Source of the DNA: an uncultured Acidobacteriota bacterium
GTDB taxonomy: Bacteria; Acidobacteriota; Thermoanaerobaculia; Multivoradales; UBA5704
Length of the DNA stretch: 64,000 nt
NCBI GenBank assembly: GCA_963770895.1
Contig: CAVYRF010000001.1
Coordinates: forward strand, 800,001 to 864,000
Reading direction: 5' to 3'
The notes under the pieces are model-generated. The model was not told the DNA's origin. It did not search any database and worked only from the letters and a program-made list of their open reading frames with translations. Both the position numbers and the translations under genes were made by a program. Numbering within the stretch: position 1 is the stretch's first letter; the number at the start of each line of letters is the position of its first letter. Below, piece by piece: positions 57,357-64,000 of the stretch.

Positions 57357-57878
57357 ATGTGGTGCATCGGCGAAGAGGAGTCGCGTCAGTGGTGTCTGGG
57401 GCGCGGGATCAAGCTCAATGGCAAAGGCGTACCGATCGCTGATGAGGACTGGCAGGGCGACACCTTTTCCTTGCGGGAGGCATGGCCGAGCCTGACGGGG
57501 TTCAGCCGGATGCTGGCCACGCAGCTGGAGCCCTTTGACGAATGCCTGCTCTGGGTGACGCAATGGGGTGTTTTCCCCTCGAGCGAGAACCTGCATCTTT
57601 TCTATCGCATGCGCAATGGCTATGGCGAAAACCGTCAGCTGTTTCATGCGCCCGGGCACCTGTTCTTGAAACACGAGCGTGCTGATCTCGCAACATTCAT
57701 TCAGCTGAGCGTCATCAACTGTTGGGACTTCTACCTGGCGCCGGCACCGTCGTGGAAGGGAGCCTTCGTGAGCCACGACGAAGCCGTGGACTTCTATGCA
57801 GACGACGTCGATGCGGATGCGCTCAAGACGGTGAGGGCCTGGTTCGCGAAGGATTCCGCGCCGGCGCCGGCGCCTTGA
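57357..57878 (+). CDS. Hypothetical protein
   Basis: Globular composition (CLLWVTQWGVFPSSEN..PGHLF..WDFY..SHDE); GGAGAGG RBS. Confidence 0.7.
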   Translation: MWCIGEEESRQWCLGRGIKLNGKGVPIADEDWQGDTFSLREAWPSLTGFSRMLATQLEPFDECLLWVTQWGVFPSSENLHLFYRMRNGYGENRQLFHAPGHLFLKHERADLATFIQLSVINCWDFYLAPAPSWKGAFVSHDEAVDFYADDVDADALKTVRAWFAKDSAPAPAP

Positions 57879-57893
57879 CGTTCGAGGAGATCC

Positions 57894-59381
57894 ATGCGGG
57901 TTAGCGGATTGATGGTGGCGGGTCTGGGCGTCCTTGGGGCGGCGATGTCTCCCGCGGTGTCGGTGGGTGCGGCGGCGAGGGCCGCCGTGGCTGCTGGCGC
58001 CATCGTGGCTGCGGGCGACGGCGTGCCGATTCTCCAGCTCCAGCAAAGCCCGCCGGTGCACCCTCCGCCCGCCGCGGCACCGCGCGCGCCGGGTACTTTC
58101 GTCTCCTTCTCGGACCTGCACTTCAATCCGTTCTTCGATCCGTCGCTGGTCGCTCAGCTGGTGCGGGCTGACGCGGGCCGTTGGCCGGGGATCTTCGAGC
58201 GCTCGACGGTCACAGGTGTCGGCGGCTATGGCAACGATTCCAACTATGCGCTGCTGAAATCGGCGTTGGCAGCCGCGCGGGAGGCGGCGCCGGCGCCCGA
58301 CTTCGTCTTCATCTCGGGCGACTTTCTGGGTCATCACTTCCCGGCGCTGTTCGCCAGGAACGTGCCGGGATCCAGCAACGCAGCGTACCGGCGATTCGTG
58401 CACCGGACGATGCAGTTCGTCACCACGACGATCCGTCAGACCTACCCGCGAGCGCGGATCATCGCGGCGCTCGGCAACAACGACTCGGACTGCGGCGACT
58501 ACCAGCTGCGCGGCGCCAGCCCCTTCCTGGCCAGGCTCGCGCGGCTGTGGCGGCCTCTTGTGGGCCCCGTCCCCGCGTCCTTCGGCCGCACGTTCGCTAT
58601 CGGCGGGTTCTTCAGCGTGCCCCATCCCACCGTGCCGCACATACGGGTGGTGGTGCTGAACACCGTCCTGTTTTCGCCGAAGTACCAGGTCTGCGGCCAG
58701 GGGCGCGACATGAGCGAACCGGAGCTGCAGTGGCTCGACAGCACCCTGCGCGATGCGTCGCGCAGAGGCGACAAGGTCTGGCTGGTCGAGCACATCCCGC
58801 CGGGGATCGACGCCTTCGCCACCCTGGGCGCCAAGGGGCCGTGCCGCGGCGCTGCCGTATCGCTGTGGTGGGCCGACGACCTGTCCAGGTTCTGGCGCAT
58901 CCTGGCCCGGTATCCCGGCGTCGTCACCGCGACCTTCGCCGGGCACACCCACATGGATGAGCTGCGGCTGCCGGAGGGCGGCGGCTTCATCCACGTCACG
59001 CCGGCGGTGAGCCCGCTGTTCGGCAACAATCCCGGTTTCAAGGTCTTCTCCTACAGCAGGGCAGACGGCCAGATCGCCGACGCCCGCACCTACTATCTGA
59101 ATCTGGCGGCGACCGGCGACGCGGCGGGGAAGTGGGCTTTGGAATACGACTTCGCGGACGCCTATGCGCAGCCCGCGATCGACGGCCAGACCGTCCAGGC
59201 AGTGGAGCAGGCGATCGGCGACGACCCGGCGGTCCGCACCCGATACATGACCTGGTACCCGGTCGGCAGCGCCAGCGGCAGCGCCGCCCTGGCACACTGG
59301 CGGGCTTACTGGTGCGCCGCCAAGGCGTTCACGCCCGCTACCTTTGCCGACTGCTACTGCCCGGCCCAGCCGGCCCCATGA
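57894..59381 (+). CDS. Secreted metallophosphoesterase, acid sphingomyelinase-like
   Basis: SDLH, SGDFLGH, GNND, HIPPG, GHTH.D, PAVSP..GNNP.F. Confidence 0.85.
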   Translation: MRVSGLMVAGLGVLGAAMSPAVSVGAAARAAVAAGAIVAAGDGVPILQLQQSPPVHPPPAAAPRAPGTFVSFSDLHFNPFFDPSLVAQLVRADAGRWPGIFERSTVTGVGGYGNDSNYALLKSALAAAREAAPAPDFVFISGDFLGHHFPALFARNVPGSSNAAYRRFVHRTMQFVTTTIRQTYPRARIIAALGNNDSDCGDYQLRGASPFLARLARLWRPLVGPVPASFGRTFAIGGFFSVPHPTVPHIRVVVLNTVLFSPKYQVCGQGRDMSEPELQWLDSTLRDASRRGDKVWLVEHIPPGIDAFATLGAKGPCRGAAVSLWWADDLSRFWRILARYPGVVTATFAGHTHMDELRLPEGGGFIHVTPAVSPLFGNNPGFKVFSYSRADGQIADARTYYLNLAATGDAAGKWALEYDFADAYAQPAIDGQTVQAVEQAIGDDPAVRTRYMTWYPVGSASGSAALAHWRAYWCAAKAFTPATFADCYCPAQPAP

Positions 59382-61279
59382 TCGACTTGCCGGCCGCGTC
59401 CGCGTCCGCGCCCGCCGCCTGGGCGGCGCGCAGGATTCTTCTGGCCGGCGCCGGCACGCTGCTCGTGGGGCTCATGTGGACGGGCTCGGCCCCTGCCCTG
59501 AGCCCACCGGAGAGCGTCCAGGTCGTATTCGGCGTCAAGATCCCGCTGCGTGACGGCGTGCGGCTGGGCGCCACGCTCTACCTCCCGGCGGGCGTCCCGG
59601 CGGGCGCCGGCGCGGTGCCGGTGATCTTCCGCATGACCCCGTACGTTTCGGACGGCTTTCATCCCGAGGCCCTCTACCTGGCGCGCCGGGGCTTTGCCTT
59701 CGCGGCGGTGGACGTGCGGGGGCGCGGCAACTCGGAGGGGTCCTTCGAGCCCTGGGTCGACGACGGCCGCGACGGCTACGACGTCGCCGAATGGCTGGCG
59801 GGCCAGCGGTGGGCCAACGGCAGGGTGGGCATGGTGGGGGAGTCGTACTGCGGGCGGGCGGTCTGGAGCACCCTCAAGGAGGCGCCGCCGCACCTGGCGA
59901 GCGCCGTGCCCATCGCCGCCGGGTCCGGCATGCGCTTCTGGAACGACATCCTGGGACCGGACACCTTGCAGTCGATCGCCCAGACCGCGGGAGTCACCAA
60001 CAACGAACACCTGGCCTTCGATCCGGCGTTCTGGGCCGGCAAGTACCGCGAGCTGTACCTGCGGCACCTGCCGCTGCGCCGGCTGGACAGCCTGGCCGGC
60101 TTCCCCTCGGAGATCTTCCAGCGCTTCCTCGACCACCCCACGCCGGATGCCTTCTGGGAGTCCATGGTGCCCGGACCGGCGGACTTCCGCCGCCTGCGCC
60201 TGCCGATCCTGACCATCACCGGCGCCTACGACATCAACCAGGCCAGCGCTCTGCACGCCTACCGCGAATACCGCGATGCCGCGGCGGCGCGCGGGGACGC
60301 CGCGGGGCGGTCGTTTCTCCTGCTCGGGCCGTGGGATCACGCCGGCACGCTGCGCCCGCGGCGCCAGGTCGGCGGCATCGACTTCAGTGCGGCGAGCGCC
60401 ATCGACATGCCCCGCCTGCTGGCGGACTGGTTCAGCTATTCGCTGCGCGACGGCCCGCCGCCCCCCCTGCTGGCCCAGGGCGTGGCTTATTACGTCATCG
60501 GCACGGAGCAGTGGCGCCAGGACCACGACCTGGATGCGATCTCCGGCGCGCCGCTGGACCTCTACCTGGCCTCCGACGGCGACGCCGGCTCGCTGTTTCA
60601 CTCCGGCCGGCTCGCCCTGGAGCCGCCCGGCAGCGTGCCGGCGCCGCCGGCGCCCGCGGCCGATCCCGCCCTGGCGCCGTCTCCGGGCGCCGCGCTGGAT
60701 CGCTATGTCTACGACCCCCTGGACGTTCGCCCGGCCGCGACGGAGCTGGACGAAGTCGACGCCTGGGTGACCGACCAGCGGCAGGCGGTCGCCCTGCACG
60801 GCGACGGCATCGTCTTCCACTCCGAACCGCTGCCGCGCGACACGGACATCGCCGGCGCACCGCGGCTCGACGCGTGGCTGTCGATGGACGTGCCGGACGC
60901 CGACATCGAAGCAACCCTTTCGCTGATCGACCCGCACGGTGGCAGCGTCCTGCTGGGCGCCCAGACGCTGCGCGCCCGATACCGCCAATCCCTGGAGCGC
61001 CAACAGCTGGTGCACCCCGGTGCCGTCGAGCTCTACCAGTTCACCTTTCCATTCCTCACCCGGCGCCTGCCCGCCGGCAGCCGCCTGCGCCTGGTCGTGC
61101 GATCGCCCAACTCGATCTACGCCGTCAAGAACTACTGCGCCGGCGGGGTGGTCGCCGACGAGTCGGGCCGCGACGCCCGCACTGCCCACATCGCGCTCCA
61201 CCACGACGCCCGCTACAGGAGCCGCCTGCGGCTGCCGCTGGCGCGCCCGGAGGGTGGAGAGCAGCATGTGCGCCACTGA
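59378..61279 (+). CDS. CocE/NonD family hydrolase (S15-like)
   Basis: RDGVRL, TPY, DVRGRGNSEG, GESY, GPWDH, YVYDP; ATGA overlap. Confidence 0.9.
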   Translation: MIDLPAASASAPAAWAARRILLAGAGTLLVGLMWTGSAPALSPPESVQVVFGVKIPLRDGVRLGATLYLPAGVPAGAGAVPVIFRMTPYVSDGFHPEALYLARRGFAFAAVDVRGRGNSEGSFEPWVDDGRDGYDVAEWLAGQRWANGRVGMVGESYCGRAVWSTLKEAPPHLASAVPIAAGSGMRFWNDILGPDTLQSIAQTAGVTNNEHLAFDPAFWAGKYRELYLRHLPLRRLDSLAGFPSEIFQRFLDHPTPDAFWESMVPGPADFRRLRLPILTITGAYDINQASALHAYREYRDAAAARGDAAGRSFLLLGPWDHAGTLRPRRQVGGIDFSAASAIDMPRLLADWFSYSLRDGPPPPLLAQGVAYYVIGTEQWRQDHDLDAISGAPLDLYLASDGDAGSLFHSGRLALEPPGSVPAPPAPAADPALAPSPGAALDRYVYDPLDVRPAATELDEVDAWVTDQRQAVALHGDGIVFHSEPLPRDTDIAGAPRLDAWLSMDVPDADIEATLSLIDPHGGSVLLGAQTLRARYRQSLERQQLVHPGAVELYQFTFPFLTRRLPAGSRLRLVVRSPNSIYAVKNYCAGGVVADESGRDARTAHIALHHDARYRSRLRLPLARPEGGEQHVRH

Positions 61280-61445
61280 TGCCGGCCCAGACCCGGCTGC
61301 CCCCCACTCAGCAACTACGCGACAGAGTAGATGTATCTGCACGGCGTAAAGAAGATTTTGCTTGACATAGGCTGCCGCAGGCTGCGAACCTCACCCCGAT
61401 CGTCGGCCTCCTGCTGACGCCCTCCGAATCAAGGAGTCATACCTT

Positions 61446-61583
61446 ATGAAGAAGACCTCCGTTCGTATCTCGGTTTGCCGCGAGACGCTGGTGTCCCTCG
61501 TCCCGAAAGACGTTGCGAGCGTCGTGGCCGGTATCTCCGCGGTATGTACCCATGGCGTCATCTGCGACACCCACGCCTGCTGA
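61446..61583 (+). CDS. 45-aa lanthipeptide-like RiPP precursor (not in the ORF track)
   Basis: AAGGAG RBS; MKKTSVRISVCRETLVSLVPKDVASVVAG-ISAVCTHGVICDTHAC. Confidence 0.7.
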   Translation: MKKTSVRISVCRETLVSLVPKDVASVVAGISAVCTHGVICDTHAC

Positions 61584-61637
61584 CGATCGAATTTTCCTTT
61601 TGTGGTTCCCCGGCTGGGCGGGGAAGCCCATGGGGCA

Positions 61638-62495
61638 CTAGGGCTGCGCCACCTGGAACGGATAGACCGCGACGGCGAAGCGGCGGCCGCCTTCGCGCAC
61701 GCCCTCCAGGGTCAAGCGATAGACGCCTGGCGGCAGCATGCGGGTGGGGAGGAGGACGGCCAGCGAGTCCCGGCTGTCCGGGCGGAGGCCATCGGCTTTC
61801 CAGACCTCCAGGCCCGCGGCGGTCCGCAAGGCGGCGTGGTAGGACGGATAGTCGACGCTCGCCAGCTCCATGGCGAGGACGATGGATTCGGTGGCGGGGG
61901 AAAGCGTCAGGCGGTTCACCGGCGCCCTGCCGGCCTCTTCGCCGCCGCGCACCGCCGCCAGCACCGCGATCGGCAGGTTGACCTGGGGGCGCAGGGCGTC
62001 GCGTTCGGCGGCGGCACGCGCCTGGCGCTCGCGCGCCAGGTCCTGCGTGAAGCGCTGGCGATCGCCGGCGGCGCTCTGCCGCAGGGCCTGTACCTGTGTC
62101 GCAAGGCTCGCGAGCCGCGCCGCTGCCGTCTGGGCAGTCGGCGCCGCGGCAAGCCACCGCTCGCGGCCCAAGGCGCGTGCCACCAGCCAGCCGCACGGCA
62201 GGGCGACCAGCAGCAGTAGCAGGCCGCCCAGCGCCAGGCGGTGCCGGGAGGAGAGGAGGGCGAGGGCGGCGAGCAGGCCGACGCGACTCTTCGCGGTGTC
62301 CTCGGCGGCCACCTGCCGCATGCCGGCGCCGAATTCGCTGGCCGCTTCCAGCTGCTCCAGGCAGGCCGCGCAGTCGAAGTAGTGCGCTTCGAACGCGGTG
62401 CGCTCGCCCTCGCTCAGCCGGTCGGCCAGGTAGAGCTCGACGAAGCCATGCTCCTCGGCGTAGGCGTGATCGACAGTGATGCTCACCAGGTTCAT
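61638..62495 (-). CDS. zf-HC2 membrane anti-sigma factor
   Basis: FEAHYFDCAAC (HxxxCxxC), one TM, coiled coil and beta C-terminal domain. Confidence 0.85.
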   Translation of the reverse strand: MNLVSITVDHAYAEEHGFVELYLADRLSEGERTAFEAHYFDCAACLEQLEAASEFGAGMRQVAAEDTAKSRVGLLAALALLSSRHRLALGGLLLLLVALPCGWLVARALGRERWLAAAPTAQTAAARLASLATQVQALRQSAAGDRQRFTQDLARERQARAAAERDALRPQVNLPIAVLAAVRGGEEAGRAPVNRLTLSPATESIVLAMELASVDYPSYHAALRTAAGLEVWKADGLRPDSRDSLAVLLPTRMLPPGVYRLTLEGVREGGRRFAVAVYPFQVAQP

Positions 62496-63106
62496 CCGTC
62501 CTCCTGCGGCCTGCGCTCGGCGCGCCGCGGCGCGGGCGGTGGCGGCGCGGCTCCTTGCCGCAGCTCGAAGAGCTGGCGGTAGCGCTGGCGGGCGCGGAAC
62601 AGCACCCGATTGAAGTGCAGATCGGAGAGGTCCAGGTCGCGGCAGATCTCTTCCTTGTCCTGGTCGCCGATGTAGTAGCGGGCGAGGATGTTGCGATCGC
62701 GGTCGTTCTTGAGCTCGGCCAGCACCTGGCGGACGGCGGCCGCCCGCTCCCGCGCCAGGAGTGCCGCCAGCTGGCCGGGAGCCGGATCGGGCGCGGCCTC
62801 GGCGGCCTCACTGCCGCCTTGCCAACGCTCGCGCCGGCTGCCTCGGCGGACCGCACCCAGGAAGAGGTTCCTGGCCATGCTGCTGACGAAGCCCGGGAGG
62901 CCCTCCGCGTCGCGCAGCTCACCGGCCCTGACCTTTTGGATCACCAGGCGGAAGGTCTCCTGGTAGAGATCTTCCGCCGCGGCCTCGTCCCGCGCCAGCC
63001 GGCGCAACAGGAAGGTGACCGCGCGGCTGAACCGCTCCACCAACTCGGCCTCGGCGGCCGGATCGCCGGCGACGATCCGGCGGACCAGGTCGGCCGTCTG
63101 GGTCAT
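62492..63106 (-). CDS. ECF RNA polymerase sigma factor
   Basis: GDPAAEAELV, AEDLYQETF, ARN, region 4 EEIC..L...FRARQR. Confidence 0.9.
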   Translation of the reverse strand: MTQTADLVRRIVAGDPAAEAELVERFSRAVTFLLRRLARDEAAAEDLYQETFRLVIQKVRAGELRDAEGLPGFVSSMARNLFLGAVRRGSRRERWQGGSEAAEAAPDPAPGQLAALLARERAAAVRQVLAELKNDRDRNILARYYIGDQDKEEICRDLDLSDLHFNRVLFRARQRYRQLFELRQGAAPPPPAPRRAERRPQEDG

Positions 63107-63136
63107 GATCCCCCCTTGGGCGCAGGGGGGGATCAT
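63105..63136 (-). promoter_or_regulatory. 11-bp hairpin sequestering the RBS and start codon of the ECF sigma gene
   Basis: mRNA AUGAUCCCCCC...GGGGGGAUCAU(G). Confidence 0.6.
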
Positions 63137-63161
63137 AGCTCAACCTGCAAGCAGCCTCAGC

Positions 63162-63542
63162 CTATCCGCGGTGGCCGGCCGGCGGCAGCGTCGCCTGTGC
63201 CGCAAAGGTGCCGGGATCGCCGGTGACCTCGGTGCCGCGCAGCACTCCCGTGAGCTGACGCTCTCCGGCCACCAGGCCGACGCCCGCTTCCGCCAGCAGG
63301 TAGGCGGCGCCCTTCACCTCGACGAAGGACTGGTACAGGGCGCCGCCGAAAAGCGGCGTCCAGCGCAGCCTCAGGGAGCGCGGCTCGCCCGCGGCGTCGT
63401 TCCAAACCAGCTGGCAACCGAAGTCGCCGTCGCCGCTGACCGAGAGCGGCTGGTCGACCGCCAGGAGGTCGCCGGGCATCCCGTCCCCCGGTTCCCAGGC
63501 CAGAACCGTATAGGTGCCGATGAAGTCGTCTCGCGTGTTCAA
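63162..63542 (-). CDS. Hypothetical protein between CHAT and ECF sigma genes
   Basis: TTG start after AAGGAGAG; C-terminal GDPGTFAAQA. Confidence 0.7.
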   Translation of the reverse strand: MNTRDDFIGTYTVLAWEPGDGMPGDLLAVDQPLSVSGDGDFGCQLVWNDAAGEPRSLRLRWTPLFGGALYQSFVEVKGAAYLLAEAGVGLVAGERQLTGVLRGTEVTGDPGTFAAQATLPPAGHRG

Positions 63543-63635
63543 ATCGCTCTCCTTGATTGCGCGCCTGCGGCTGGATCGCCGCTCTTACAGCCTCAGGTGA
63601 CGCGAGGCCAGGGTTTATCTCAGGCCGCCAGGCCG

Positions 63636-64000
63636 TCAGCGCCAGTCGCCCTGTGCCACGAAACCGCTCCAGTAGTAGGGCGACCGCCAGCGCCGGTCGT
63701 GGCGGACGGCGAGCTGGGCCAGGCGCAGCGCCGCGGGCGCCGACCGCCGTTCGATCAACAGACCCTTGTAGAAGCGCGACATCAGCGCCGCCGTCGCGCG
63801 ATCCTCAACCCGCCAGAGGCTGGCGACCACCTGCCGGGCGCCGGCATAGAGAAAACCTTGCGTCAGCCCCACCAACCCCTCGCCCCGCACCTGCTTGCCA
63901 AGCGCGGTCTCACAACCCGAGAGGACCACCAGATCGGCCCCGAGCTGCAGGTTGTAGATGTCGCCCAGCCCGAGAAACCCTTCGCGCGGCGCTCCGCTCT
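63636..64000 (-). CDS. CHAT (caspase-like) domain protein, C-terminal part (runs off the window)
   Basis: DIYNLQLGADLVVLSGCETALG..GEGLVGL..FLYAGA..VASLW.V.D..SPYYWSGF. Confidence 0.92.
   Translation of the reverse strand, partial: SGAPREGFLGLGDIYNLQLGADLVVLSGCETALGKQVRGEGLVGLTQGFLYAGARQVVASLWRVEDRATAALMSRFYKGLLIERRSAPAALRLAQLAVRHDRRWRSPYYWSGFVAQGDWR

Overview
High-GC 64 kb window from what looks like an Acidobacteriota (Thermoanaerobaculia-like) genome, judged from ADOP permease remnants, IPTL-CTERM surface proteins, TPR-kinases, a CHAT/ECF module and 'RETL' leader peptides. It is mostly accessory. The left part holds stress and signalling genes (DUF6496, DUF892, MetOD1 plus hybrid kinase, a Cpx-like two-component system with Spy, deaD), two toxin-antitoxin pairs and a tricorn protease. 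The most striking locus is 25.7-35.1 kb. There, a sigma54 promoter with three phased 10-bp repeats precedes four small signal-less beta proteins (two AidA/PixA-like, two novel paralogues). These face a convergent operon of membrane pseudokinase, FHA-like sigma54 activator and membrane TPR Ser/Thr kinase. Other highlights: a grasp-with-SPASM RiPP cluster with its own precursor; two orphan lanthipeptide-like precursors; a beta-barrel-like protein coupled to a 4TM-TIR protein; a CHAT protease/small protein/ECF sigma/anti-sigma module whose sigma RBS is locked in a hairpin; a 140-bp MITE-like element; and several secreted Cys-rich miniproteins. No rRNA, tRNA or CRISPR array was seen. All family calls come from motif recognition by eye, not from database searches.
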